From: Flavobacteriales bacterium
GTDB taxonomy: Bacteria; Bacteroidota; Bacteroidia; Flavobacteriales_F; PHOS-HE28
Direction of reading: 5' to 3'
Assembly (NCBI GenBank): GCA_016788485.1
Contig: JAEUSV010000048.1
Span: forward strand, 13,956 to 77,955
Length of the DNA: 64,000 nucleotides
Shown here: in pieces, positions 27,072 to 36,938 of the stretch
Layout of the letters: each line of letters opens with the position of its first letter
Numbering within the stretch: position 1 is the stretch's first letter
The notes under the pieces: generated by a model
Database searches by the model: none
Seen by the model: the letters and a program-made list of their open reading frames with translations, nothing else
Told to the model about the DNA's origin: nothing
Translations under genes and position numbers: made by a program

Positions 27072-30000
27072 GGCCAGATGCGGTTCTTTTCCAAGGGCGT
27101 GTTGTACTGCGTTTCCTGCACCGTGCGCAGGCCGCGTTCGGTCTCCACCAGCTTGCGCACCAGCTTGCCCTCGTCGTTGTATTGGTAGTACAGGCCGAAG
27201 TGCTGGTCGTCGAAACTGGTCAGCAGGCGGTAGGTGGCCGGGTCGTAGACATAGGTGGTCATCTGCGCATCGATCGGCTGTATCCGCACATCGTCCACGT
27301 GGAGGCTTCCGCTCACCGAGCCGCGCTGGCAGCTGAGGTCGATGGCGTAGGTGGCCGAGCCGCTGGGCAGCACCAACTGGGCTTCGCACAGCACCCATTC
27401 GCCCACGCGGGCCACCTGTTGCATGGGCACACCGGTGGGGTCGCTGTTCAGGTGGGCCTTCGGGCCTACCGGGTCGAGCGGACCGGTGACGTCCATGCAC
27501 CGGAACCAGGCCTTCACCAGCATGGTGCGCGGGGCGCTCAAGGGAGCCTCCAGCGCGCGGGTCCCGCTCTTGTACACAAAGCCCTGCGGCACGGCCAGCC
27601 GGAAGCTCTTGCGGCCTGCGTGCCCCACGTTATCGATCTGGCCGGCATTGTTCCAGGAGAACTGCACCTTGTCCTCGAGCGTCCCGGTATAGTCGTTCTC
27701 GAAGCTCTCGAAGAGCGCCAGGGGCGAAGCGCAGTTCTGGGCCACCAGGTAGGGCAGCTGGTGGTGGTACCCGAACTTCGAGCAGCTCCGCACGTGCAGC
27801 GCGTTCTCTTCCTCCACCGGCTGCCCGTTCGGTGAATAGGCCACCACATGGTTGGTGAGCACCCATTGGGCCGCGTTGTTGTCGGGGTCGTCGTGGTCGA
27901 AGAAGGGCATGTCGTACCAACCTGTGTTGCGGTTGAGCCCGCCGTTGTAGGTGGGGGAGAGGAAGGCGTAGGTCGAATCGGGGCGCCACTGCCCGCGCAT
28001 GCCGGTCTCGAACGCGTTCAGCGTATTGGGTACGTTGTACAGGCCGCGGTCGTAGGTCCACAGGTCGGAATACACGGTGGCGTTGCAGCTCACGACCTTG
28101 GTCACGGTGCGGTCGGGCGTGGCCGGGCACAAGCGGGGGCAGGTCACCGGTATGAGGTGGCAGGGGCTCGCCCCGGGCCTGTAGTTCACCACGCCCGTGG
28201 CATTGTCCAATTCGAAGGTCCCATAGCTGCCGGTGGCCGAGGAGGTGCTGAGCACGAAGGGATCATCGCACGAGGGGCCGTCAGGCTGGGTCATCTGCGC
28301 GGAGAGGATGGGCACCAGCGTGTTGCCGTTGGCCGCGATGGTGAACCGCACGCTCGGGGTCGCATTGCACGAGCCGCCGTTCCCCATGAACAGCAGGCCG
28401 CTTGGTACCAGCACACTGTAGGGGTTGTTCGGTGTGCCCGCGATCAGATCGGGCAGCACCTGTGCGGCGAACACCGCGTTCAGGTTGTCCACGAACTGCT
28501 GGCGCAAGCTCCAGTCGGCCGTCATGGTCATCGCACCATCGTCGTAGGTGGTGTACTCGGCGGCGGGCACCGCCAGCTGGTTGCTGCAGCCGCTGCGGAT
28601 CACCTCGAGCCTGGTGATGGGCGTGCCCGCGATCAGGTCGGTCGAACCCGTGGAGCGCAGCAGGTGCAGCGTGGGGCCAGCGGGGTTGCTGCGTTCCAGG
28701 TGATAGAGCCGCACCTGGCCTCCCTGGGTCAGGGCCAGCTGATCGCCCTGGCACAGCGCGTTCAACAGGTCGCAGATGCCATTGCCCGCAGGCGGCGGGG
28801 GCGCGGCCAGCGATACCTGGGCCACACCCGCGCTTGAGGCGGTGCAGGTCATGAGCACGGATTGTGGCGTTACGACCTTGCGCTCGCCCTTGGCGGTCTG
28901 GCCCAGGTCGGGATAGACCAGGTGGGCCGGCAGGGTGTGCTTGGTGTAGATGCCATGGGTGGCCGTGGCAAGGCTGCTGGTGTTGGCCGGGTCGGGCAGG
29001 AAGCCGTCGTGCGTGCGGATCACCGCCGGTTCACCGGTGGCCGGGTCGAAGGCGACCGGTTCGCTCATGTGGTGTATGCCGTCCACGTAGGTGCGTGTCC
29101 GTTTCAGCACGGCCGGGTAGTTGATCACCTTGGTGGTGGCGTGGGAGCGGATGGTGGTGTTGATGTAGGTCACCGTCAATGCGGCTGAGACCGATGGTGG
29201 CAGGGGTACGCCTGTGCCGATGTCCACCTCCAGCCCGCCGTTCTCCATTTCATCGCGCGCCACGCGGCCCTCCATGGTGATGTCCATCTCCTGGCCCAAG
29301 GGCCGCGGTGCCGTGTTGCCGAAGCGGTCGATCAGCGTGGGCAGCTCATCCCCGGCCGCGTAGTACTCGTACTCGGTGCGCGCACTGAAGGGGGCATTGC
29401 CGGCGCCTCCGGTCAACAGGGCCTGCGGCTGGCCGCTGTAGGTGGTCTCGCTCTTGGGCTGCCCGTGCATGTTGTTGAACTTGAGCACGAAGCCCTGCGA
29501 TACGGCGCGCTTGTCGATGATGGTGGTCACCCAGGGGGTGATCACCGGCAGATAGACCGGCCCGTCCGTTTCAATGCTCGTCATGTCGAACTCCACCGGA
29601 TGCTCGCGGGCGGTGAAGAACTCCTTGGCCACGAAACCGGCGCCGTTGGGCAGGCAGCTGCCGCTCAGGTGCGAGCCTCCGATGTTGGAGATGATCACCT
29701 TGGAATAGCCGACGCTGGGGCCGGGGTAGATGCTCATGCCGATGGGGCCTTCGCTCTGTTCGCGATCGCGACCGGCGATCACTTTGCTGGCCCAGCTCTG
29801 TTGGAAGCGCTCCAGCGGGGCCACCAACGGGTTCTCGCAGTTGATCGATGCCGGTTCATTGGTGGCCACGCCGCTGCTGATGACCGTGCCATCCTCGGCC
29901 GTGGTCTCGTAGCGGTACTCCGTGCCATACACGGCCGGGTATCCTTCGGCCACGCCCAGGGGATCCACCATCAACAGGCGCTTCACGCGCAGCCCGCCAC

Positions 30001-33000
30001 CGTACTTCCGCTCCGGCACGGGCAACCGCAGGTAGCTGTGCGCGGGGATCACCGTAGTGCACGCAGCGGGAGTGCCCACTGTGTTCAGCAGGAAACCCAC
30101 GGCATCGGCGACCACGTCCTCCACATTGTTGCTACTGGTGCTGGGGTCGGTCACGCCGTGCTCCACCAGCTCAGTGCCGCCGAACTTGAACTGTTCGGCC
30201 AGGGGGGGCACGGGTGGCTGGCCACCGACCGCGCTGTACCACGAGGCCGATGGAAGCGAACGACCACGCTTCTGCGCCTTGAACAGGTCCTTGCACACAT
30301 CCTTCGGCAATCCGTGATCATCGCTGTTGAACCGGATCATGAGCAGGTAGTGCGAGGGGTCGTTCGGGTCCGCCACCACTTCCACGTGCTCCACTTTCGC
30401 ATACCCTTCGATGAACTCCATGTTGCGGCCGTGCAGCAGGGGGTCGGTCGCTGCGGCATCGTCGCGCAACACGTGCAGCATGCGGAAGAACATGCGCGCG
30501 TTGGTGCCGATGTAGGTGCTGGCGATGAGCTGGGCCATCCGCGCCAGCTTCGGGTCGGTCGCGCTGGTCGCGGTGATCCCGAGCGAGGCCGGGTCCATGA
30601 GCAGTTCATCGTATGGCTCCGCCGTCGATCCATTGTACCAGTCCTTCATCACCACCATGGCATGGGCGTGCTTGTCCTGCACGAAGGCATAGTCATCCGG
30701 TTCGTATTGCACGTGGATCTCGCCGCCCGAGGGGAGGATGATCCGTTTCAACTGCCACGCGGCCGGGTCGAACGCCGCGGCGTTCTGGTCCATCAGCGCC
30801 TGATCCACCCACGGCCGCATCTGGCGGGCACGGTCCACCGCATCCGGGCGGTAGTTGCCCCAGGGGTCGGGCATGTAGGCATTGCCATAGCCCGGGTTCT
30901 GGGTCGTGTTGGCGTAGAACGAGGGCAGGACCTGGTCGTAGGGCGCGGGATAGGTCGTGGGGTAGTTGTACACGAACTCGTAAGGGGCGATGCGCGCAGG
31001 CACCGTGCCGTTGTACTCGGTCCATACCCGTTTCAAGGTCAGCTTGCCCTGGCCGGCCTGGCTGTTGGGCGGCCCACCTCCGGGTCCGTTCCAGGCCGAA
31101 TAGTCGTAGTCGAAATGGACGGTCTTGATGGGCCTGGGGTTGGGATTGGGGACCGTGGTACCGGGAAGCGGTCCGAGCTCGGCGCGCGAGTAGAGCGTGA
31201 TCTTCTTCAGGTAGCGTTGCGTTCCACTGCCTGCCGGTCCGGTGAGCTGCTGTGGCGCGTTCGGCGCCGAGAGCGCATCCTTCCGTAGCTCTGCGGGGTT
31301 GGTCGGGTCGTTCAGCTCGAACACGGCCACATGGCTCTTGGTCTCGATGATGGTGAGGTAATAGAGCTCTTTCTCCCCCTCCGCGAACGAGATGCGGTCG
31401 TCGTGCACTTCGCTCAGCTGGCCAATGGCATAGTCGTACCCGCGGTAAGGCATGCGCCACTTATAGGAGTCGGCCTTTCGCCCGTAGCGAAAGGCCGTGT
31501 AGCCCCCCAGGTCGTCCAGTGTAGGCCCGTCCCCGCTCAGGTCCAGGTAGTCGGCATCCTGGATGGAGGTCAGGAGGTAGGTGGTCGCATAGTGGTCGTT
31601 CGCATCGCGCCCCGCTTTGAAGGCCCTCGTGGTTGCGTCCGGATCGCCATTGCACCCGGCCTTGGCCACATTCTCAATGACCGGTGTCACTCCCCCGTCG
31701 GTCTCAATGGAGAAGCTGTGCGCGTGTTCATTCATGGCATACACCGGCAGCCCATAGTTGTAGCGCTGCCCTTGGCCGTTGAGCACGGAGAGCTCACCGA
31801 CCAGGTCGTTCGAGTTGGGTGGGGTGGAAGGGGAGCTTAATGGTAGGGTGGTGTTTGGCAGTGCCGGTGATGAAAGGATGCTGTTATCGATCAACGCTCC
31901 AAGGTTCCCTTTCTCATAACTGCGGTAATGATGCCCCCCCGGTGTGGAAACGTTCATGTCGCCCACGGTGTTGAACCCGATGTGACTGGAGCGCCCGGGG
32001 CGTTCGCCGTTGTTGGCGTAGGCGCCTGCGAGGTAGGTGGAGTATGGTCCGGACAAGGCGCCGTCGGCGTGTTCCGGCCCATCATCGGTGGTGTACCGCA
32101 CCCAACCACCCGGGTCGTTGGCCATGCGGAAGAAGAAGGGCTCATCCTCGGGTTTTCCGATCACATTGGAGGTTGACCAGGTGTCAACGCTCATTTCCTG
32201 TTTGCCCAGTTGGAATTGTGCACCTGCACCGAGCCATGAACCTGCACCGACCTCGATCCCGGCCCTGTAGAGCGTTGTTGAACTGCTGGTATGCTGCGGA
32301 CCGAAAGGGATGACCCTTCGCTGGTATAGCCGCGCAGAACCACTGATCCCTTCGCCGCTGAAGGAGAATTGGTCGGGGTCGCTGATGGGCACGTTCAAGT
32401 ACTTGTCCCGCCGCTCGTAACTGGAAAGGTTCTCGCAGTGATAATCCTGTGCACCGGCGCACGTGGCCGTGGAGTACATGTATCCGGTATGGGGCAGGGT
32501 CTCTTCCGCCTGTGTCCTTTGGATACTGTACATGCCTTGTATCCCGGTCGTCAGTCCCACAGGCAGGGGTGCCGGCGTTGCCATTCCGGAAACGCTCACC
32601 GTCCAAGCCTGGCTTCCGTCCATCTTGGGTGCGGCGAGGCTGTAGCCGTTGGGGTTAAGTCCTTTGGACAGGTAGGAGTTCGCGATGGCGCCCGTGTTGA
32701 GCCGCATCTTCTTCAGCTCCAGACCTTTGATCTTCTTCCGATCCGTAGCATAGATCTCTCCTCGATTGAAGGTCTTATCCCGTCCTTTCTTTTTGATTTC
32801 CTTCATGTGTTTCTCCGCATCCGCTTTATTCTGCCTTGGTAGCATGGCGGGATTGACGTCCAACGAGAAGCTGCCGGAGCCATCGGACACTTGGTAGCCA
32901 ATGGATATCACCCCTTGGGCCAGGTGCATTCCTGCCCCGATCGTGCTTCCGAAACCGGTGTAGTTGTTGTACCGCGCGGTGCCGTGCGTGCTGAGCTGAA

Positions 33001-33469
33001 CGGGTTGGCTGAACGCTTCGGGTTCGATCTGTCCAGATAAGGAGACCGTGTGCTGGGGGATGGTCTGATTGTACAGCGTTACGTTGCTGTTCTTCCAATC
33101 ATCGGGCACGCCCCTGGTCTGGCGGCTGATGGAGCCGGGGTTCAGGGTCCACCCATAACCCACCCAGCTGGCCTCCTCTTCAGCGCTTGCACCAGCATGG
33201 TAGCTGAGGGAAAGCGCGTACCCGCCGCCATTGGGCCCGGGTATCTGCAGCACGGGCAGGTTGTAGGTGAAGTCGCCCGTGAACTCGTTCACCATGTTGG
33301 TGGTGACCACCGGCTCGAAGCTGGTGAACTCGGGCTGGGCAGGCCCGGAGGTGAGCGCATAGGCCGCCGTGGGGTACACCACATCAGCAAGCAGGCTCAG
33401 GAGCGTGAAGGATGCGACGATCCGAACGGTCCGGCCGTGCCGGTAAGGGCGATGGTTCCGCGTGCTCAT
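27068..33469 (-). CDS. giant secreted SpvB/TcB-like protein (2133 aa)
   Basis: Signal-like N-terminus (RIVASFTLLSLLADVVYPTAAYA). Residues ~45-125 ..FTSFEP..FTGDFTYNLPVLQIPGPNGGGYALSLSYHAGAS..WVGYGWTLNPGSISRQTRGVPDD fit the SpvB/TcaC N-terminal signature (P..PG..G..P.LSL.Y.S..G.GW.L....I.R.T..G.P). Near the C-terminus is a jelly-roll-like segment, then YD-like repeats (YVYDPATYRLLTSFDDQHFGLYYQYNDEGKLVRK). Confidence 0.8.
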   Translation of the reverse strand: MSTRNHRPYRHGRTVRIVASFTLLSLLADVVYPTAAYALTSGPAQPEFTSFEPVVTTNMVNEFTGDFTYNLPVLQIPGPNGGGYALSLSYHAGASAEEEASWVGYGWTLNPGSISRQTRGVPDDWKNSNVTLYNQTIPQHTVSLSGQIEPEAFSQPVQLSTHGTARYNNYTGFGSTIGAGMHLAQGVISIGYQVSDGSGSFSLDVNPAMLPRQNKADAEKHMKEIKKKGRDKTFNRGEIYATDRKKIKGLELKKMRLNTGAIANSYLSKGLNPNGYSLAAPKMDGSQAWTVSVSGMATPAPLPVGLTTGIQGMYSIQRTQAEETLPHTGYMYSTATCAGAQDYHCENLSSYERRDKYLNVPISDPDQFSFSGEGISGSARLYQRRVIPFGPQHTSSSTTLYRAGIEVGAGSWLGAGAQFQLGKQEMSVDTWSTSNVIGKPEDEPFFFRMANDPGGWVRYTTDDGPEHADGALSGPYSTYLAGAYANNGERPGRSSHIGFNTVGDMNVSTPGGHHYRSYEKGNLGALIDNSILSSPALPNTTLPLSSPSTPPNSNDLVGELSVLNGQGQRYNYGLPVYAMNEHAHSFSIETDGGVTPVIENVAKAGCNGDPDATTRAFKAGRDANDHYATTYLLTSIQDADYLDLSGDGPTLDDLGGYTAFRYGRKADSYKWRMPYRGYDYAIGQLSEVHDDRISFAEGEKELYYLTIIETKSHVAVFELNDPTNPAELRKDALSAPNAPQQLTGPAGSGTQRYLKKITLYSRAELGPLPGTTVPNPNPRPIKTVHFDYDYSAWNGPGGGPPNSQAGQGKLTLKRVWTEYNGTVPARIAPYEFVYNYPTTYPAPYDQVLPSFYANTTQNPGYGNAYMPDPWGNYRPDAVDRARQMRPWVDQALMDQNAAAFDPAAWQLKRIILPSGGEIHVQYEPDDYAFVQDKHAHAMVVMKDWYNGSTAEPYDELLMDPASLGITATSATDPKLARMAQLIASTYIGTNARMFFRMLHVLRDDAAATDPLLHGRNMEFIEGYAKVEHVEVVADPNDPSHYLLMIRFNSDDHGLPKDVCKDLFKAQKRGRSLPSASWYSAVGGQPPVPPLAEQFKFGGTELVEHGVTDPSTSSNNVEDVVADAVGFLLNTVGTPAACTTVIPAHSYLRLPVPERKYGGGLRVKRLLMVDPLGVAEGYPAVYGTEYRYETTAEDGTVISSGVATNEPASINCENPLVAPLERFQQSWASKVIAGRDREQSEGPIGMSIYPGPSVGYSKVIISNIGGSHLSGSCLPNGAGFVAKEFFTAREHPVEFDMTSIETDGPVYLPVITPWVTTIIDKRAVSQGFVLKFNNMHGQPKSETTYSGQPQALLTGGAGNAPFSARTEYEYYAAGDELPTLIDRFGNTAPRPLGQEMDITMEGRVARDEMENGGLEVDIGTGVPLPPSVSAALTVTYINTTIRSHATTKVINYPAVLKRTRTYVDGIHHMSEPVAFDPATGEPAVIRTHDGFLPDPANTSSLATATHGIYTKHTLPAHLVYPDLGQTAKGERKVVTPQSVLMTCTASSAGVAQVSLAAPPPPAGNGICDLLNALCQGDQLALTQGGQVRLYHLERSNPAGPTLHLLRSTGSTDLIAGTPITRLEVIRSGCSNQLAVPAAEYTTYDDGAMTMTADWSLRQQFVDNLNAVFAAQVLPDLIAGTPNNPYSVLVPSGLLFMGNGGSCNATPSVRFTIAANGNTLVPILSAQMTQPDGPSCDDPFVLSTSSATGSYGTFELDNATGVVNYRPGASPCHLIPVTCPRLCPATPDRTVTKVVSCNATVYSDLWTYDRGLYNVPNTLNAFETGMRGQWRPDSTYAFLSPTYNGGLNRNTGWYDMPFFDHDDPDNNAAQWVLTNHVVAYSPNGQPVEEENALHVRSCSKFGYHHQLPYLVAQNCASPLALFESFENDYTGTLEDKVQFSWNNAGQIDNVGHAGRKSFRLAVPQGFVYKSGTRALEAPLSAPRTMLVKAWFRCMDVTGPLDPVGPKAHLNSDPTGVPMQQVARVGEWVLCEAQLVLPSGSATYAIDLSCQRGSVSGSLHVDDVRIQPIDAQMTTYVYDPATYRLLTSFDDQHFGLYYQYNDEGKLVRKLVETERGLRTVQETQYNTPLEKNRIWP

Positions 33470-33472
33470 GGG

Positions 33473-34069
33473 TCAGGCGTTGGAAGGGGGCACGTTCAAC
33501 AGGGCCTTGCGCTCGAAACGGAAGTGCTGGATGCCCGTGCCGAGCACATGGTCCGTAAGGACCAGTTCGATCTCCGGTGAATCGTAGAAAGCGCGGTCGT
33601 CAGCATGTTCGGGTACGAAGACCAGAACGACGTTCCGGTCACGCGATAGACCGTAGGTGTTCTCCAGTGTGCTGAGCACGGGTGCGTATGAACGCGACCC
33701 GCAACGCAGTTCGATCATCTCCTCCCAGTTGAAGTTGAGGTCGAAGGCCTGCTGGAAAAGCTCCACGCGATCGGTGGCGCCGGCACGCATCACGTCGCCC
33801 TTGTAGCTCTCCATGTCCGGTGCGATGTTCACCACCACCGTCAGTTGCTTGCGCATGTCCTCGCCCTGCCCCAGGTGCATGCGTTGCGCCGCCAATGCCG
33901 GCGGCACCAGCCGCACGGTCGTGGTAATGCCGCTCACGGTCCTTTTGCGTAGCAGCCCATGCTCCGGATCGGCCGCGTAGGTGGCCAGCTCATCGGCGCT
34001 CAGGGGCGCATGCGCGCATCCACTGCCCAGCAGTAGGAGCGGTAGTAGGAGCAGATGCATGGGTCTCAT
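33473..34069 (-). CDS. lipoprotein of unknown function
   Basis: MRPMHLLLLPLLLLGSGC lipobox. 198 aa. Its start overlaps the stop of the Skp-like gene (34066-34069), and its stop is 3 nt from the start of the giant gene. Confidence 0.7.
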   Translation of the reverse strand: MRPMHLLLLPLLLLGSGCAHAPLSADELATYAADPEHGLLRKRTVSGITTTVRLVPPALAAQRMHLGQGEDMRKQLTVVVNIAPDMESYKGDVMRAGATDRVELFQQAFDLNFNWEEMIELRCGSRSYAPVLSTLENTYGLSRDRNVVLVFVPEHADDRAFYDSPEIELVLTDHVLGTGIQHFRFERKALLNVPPSNA

Positions 34070-34608
34070 GGGCGCAGACCTTGGTGGTGTTCGTTCAGGG
34101 CGGTGAGCAGTTCCTCGGTAATGTCCAAGGCACCCTCGCCGTAGAGCACATTGCCTTCGTCCGTGGTGCCAAGCACCATGTTGTAGCCGTGCTGAGCGGC
34201 ATAAGCGCCAACGAACGTGTTGATCTGCCCCAGCACGGCCTGCAGTTGTTCCCGTTCCTCGTCCTGTGCCTTGGCCTCCATGGCCTTCGCATAGCGTTGC
34301 AGCTCCTGCTGCTGCTTCATGGCCACCCGTTCCAGCTCTTCGTCGGCCCTGCCCTCATTCCGCAGCGCTGCCGCCTTCGCCATCGTGCGGCGCAGGTCGG
34401 CCGTGAGCGAATCCAGGTTGGAGCGCCAGCCTTGCTGTTCAGCCTGGAAGGCATCCACGGCCTCCTTCATGCCGAAGTAGCCGTAAACGAGCTCCTCCGA
34501 GCGCACGTAGGCGATCCGCGGCGTTCGCGACCAGGACCAGACGGACCAGGCCAAGTGCACGCCAAGGAGCACAGCGAGGAGGATGAGCAGGCGTTTCTGT
34601 ACGATCAT
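34066..34608 (-). CDS. OmpH/Skp-like periplasmic chaperone
   Basis: Start ATG at 34608 (MIVQKRLLILLAVLLGVHLAWS). ~180 aa with a long Q/E/K/A-rich coiled-coil middle (..AAALRNEGRADEELERVAMKQQQELQRYAKAMEAKAQDEEREQLQAVLGQI..) and a conserved end (..YNMVLGTTDEGNVLYGEGALDITEELL..). Confidence 0.7.
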   Translation of the reverse strand: MIVQKRLLILLAVLLGVHLAWSVWSWSRTPRIAYVRSEELVYGYFGMKEAVDAFQAEQQGWRSNLDSLTADLRRTMAKAAALRNEGRADEELERVAMKQQQELQRYAKAMEAKAQDEEREQLQAVLGQINTFVGAYAAQHGYNMVLGTTDEGNVLYGEGALDITEELLTALNEHHQGLRP

Positions 34609-34613
34609 GGTGA

Positions 34614-36851
34614 TCAGTTCTTTAGCATGAATTGGCCCTGATAGGGGGTGCCGTCGAGCTCGAGCTCGTAGACATAGACCCCATCGGGCACCATGGAACC
34701 GGAGTTCATGAACCTTCCGTTCCACCCCTGGGCCGGGTCGTTCGTCTGGTAGAGCAGCGCTCCTGAGCGGTCCTTGATCGTGAGCAGGAAGGCGTCCTCG
34801 GCCCGGTGCCCGCCGATGAGGAACAGGTCGTAGGCGCCGTCGCCGTTCGGTGTCATCAACAGCTGATCATCCAGGAGGAGGTGGAAGGGGGCCTCCTCGT
34901 TCGCCCAGCGCGATTCGGGCGCGTCGAGAAAGACCACTTCGTTGAGGTCATGGACCGCATAGAGCGCAGGGTCGAGGGTGTATCGCCCTTCGGAAGTGAC
35001 GATGGCGGGCTCCACGACCGTGCCGCTGTCCAGGCGGAAGGTGATGCTACCAGCACGCACATCCGCAGCAGCGGCCACCTCCAGCGTGTACAGCTCTTCC
35101 GAAGGCCCGGTGCCCAGGTCCACCTCGGAACGGGTGCCGCTCGTAAGGCCGCTGCTCTCGTTGGTGGGCTGCTGCATGGTCATGGCAATGCCGGGCACCA
35201 GCTGCTCGGTGTTCACGACCAGCGGAAGGGGCACGCTGGTGGCGAGGTCCTCGATCCGCACATGTTCGGACCAGGCCGTGACCATCAAGGCGAGCTTCAC
35301 TCCTTCGCTCTGCATCGGGATCGAGAACATGCGCTGGTCATCGATCTCGTAGTGAACGGCGCCCTCGTTGAAGCGGATCCCCACCAGGGAACCTGCCTTG
35401 AGCATGAACTCCTTCAACTCACCGGATGGCCCGATCGCCCGCGCGACGAGCTCGCCGTTGAGCGGATGCACCCACCATGCGAACTGCGTGCGCTGGTTCA
35501 CCAGGTCCTTGAAGCCCAGCAGGCATCCGTTCTTGTCCTCCCGGCCGATGACCGGCCGCCCCTTCATCCAATGCTTGTCCGGCTGCGCGGTGCAGTTCCT
35601 GCTGGTCGCGGCCACGGGTCGGCCACCACTGGGTGCGAAGGAGAGGTGGGTACCAAGGCCTTGCTGTTCCGTGCCAAGGCCCTTCGCCTCGTTCCACACA
35701 ATGAGCTGACCCAGATCGACCGCAAGGGTGTTCTGCGTGCCGTAATAGCTCGAATTGACCGTGACCTCGTATCGCCCCGGCTTCAGGCCATCCCTGTCCT
35801 TCGTCTCCGGGCCATCGCTCCACTGAAAGGCGTAGGTCCCGATATCCGGCTCGACCTGCAGTTCAACTCGTCCGCTCTTGGGCCATAATGGCTTCAATTG
35901 ACCGGCCTGGGCCTGGATGGTGAAGTCGGGAGGCAGGTCCGTCTTGAGGCCCTCGATGGTCCCATTGTTGTCGTAGATCGCCACGTCCGCGATCATGGCC
36001 TCAGGGAATGAGCTTGGTTTCGAATCCCTTTCGATGGTTCCGTTCCGGGTGAACAGTACCCGGCCTTCCTTGATCTCAATGGAGAACTTGGTGTCGGGAG
36101 CGAAAGGCACTTTCGGGCCGGTGAAGCTCCCGCCCTCCCAGGTGGAGGCCGAATCGCCGTCAAGGACCCACGCGAAGGCCATCTGCTGGTAGCTCGTGGC
36201 AGCGCCGATCGACTGGTCCCTGAAGCCCACGGCGAGCTTGCCTTGGGTATCGGGCGCCACGAAGACCAACCAACCATCCTGCTGGTCCAACAGGATGTTC
36301 TTCGTGGTGTAGCGCATGTTGGTCCACCCATTGCCAGCGGTCTTGGTGATGGCGCCTTCATCGGGCACTACACCTCCCTGTATGACGGCGGGAGCAAGGG
36401 GTTGCCCGATCTCCGCCACGGCGCTCGCCTGGTTCCCTGCGGCATCCACGGCGATGAGCTGGTACTTGCCGGGCGGAAGGCTGTCCAACCGGGGCTCATG
36501 GAGCTCGAGGAAGGAACTGTAGGTGATCGATCTCGGGTCCACCGCGGGCATGCCCAGCAACGAGAAACCCGTCGTGTCCAGCTCGGTCAATTGTGCGCCA
36601 TACGACGTGCTGTCTGGCAAGGAGTCGATGGCAAGGATCCGCACATCCCCTATGGCGCCGTCCACGTTGAGGTCGACGCTTCCGGGTGCTGTCAATGTCG
36701 CATCCTCCACGCTGAGGGTGATGACAAGGCTGTCCTGCGCGCTACCGCTCAAGGTCCAGAGCAGGAACATGATCAGGAGGGTCCGTAACGGTGCGCCGGT
36801 CTGCGAGGCGGGCCTCCGTTCCGGGGGGCGATCGAACATGGCTTGGTTCAT
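34614..36851 (-). CDS. large secreted protein with T9SS type B (gliding-motility-associated CHU_C-like) C-terminal sorting domain
   Basis: Signal peptide (..LRTLLIMFLLWTLSGSAQD). C-terminus ..LLMTPNGDGAYDLFLIGG..LLTIKDRSGALLYQTN..WNGRF..VPDGVYVYELELDG.. matches the type B CTD pattern (TPNGDG.ND...W.G....G..vp.G.Y.Y). Confidence 0.85.
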   Translation of the reverse strand: MNQAMFDRPPERRPASQTGAPLRTLLIMFLLWTLSGSAQDSLVITLSVEDATLTAPGSVDLNVDGAIGDVRILAIDSLPDSTSYGAQLTELDTTGFSLLGMPAVDPRSITYSSFLELHEPRLDSLPPGKYQLIAVDAAGNQASAVAEIGQPLAPAVIQGGVVPDEGAITKTAGNGWTNMRYTTKNILLDQQDGWLVFVAPDTQGKLAVGFRDQSIGAATSYQQMAFAWVLDGDSASTWEGGSFTGPKVPFAPDTKFSIEIKEGRVLFTRNGTIERDSKPSSFPEAMIADVAIYDNNGTIEGLKTDLPPDFTIQAQAGQLKPLWPKSGRVELQVEPDIGTYAFQWSDGPETKDRDGLKPGRYEVTVNSSYYGTQNTLAVDLGQLIVWNEAKGLGTEQQGLGTHLSFAPSGGRPVAATSRNCTAQPDKHWMKGRPVIGREDKNGCLLGFKDLVNQRTQFAWWVHPLNGELVARAIGPSGELKEFMLKAGSLVGIRFNEGAVHYEIDDQRMFSIPMQSEGVKLALMVTAWSEHVRIEDLATSVPLPLVVNTEQLVPGIAMTMQQPTNESSGLTSGTRSEVDLGTGPSEELYTLEVAAAADVRAGSITFRLDSGTVVEPAIVTSEGRYTLDPALYAVHDLNEVVFLDAPESRWANEEAPFHLLLDDQLLMTPNGDGAYDLFLIGGHRAEDAFLLTIKDRSGALLYQTNDPAQGWNGRFMNSGSMVPDGVYVYELELDGTPYQGQFMLKN

Positions 36852-36938
36852 GATCGTGGAGTATGGCCAGGGCGGCAGCCCTACGGGGGTGGTACTTTTG
36901 GGCTATCGCCGGAAGCGAACATACTAAACAAAAGTTAA
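36852..36938. promoter_or_regulatory. 87-bp divergent promoter region between the RHS operon and the HTH gene
   Basis: The plus strand has TACTTTTG at 36893-36900, an exact Bacteroidota -7 consensus TAnnTTTG, ~40 nt upstream of the GTG at 36939. The minus strand has TAACTTTTG at 36929-36937, a near match, ~80 nt upstream of the ATG at 36851. Confidence 0.4.
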
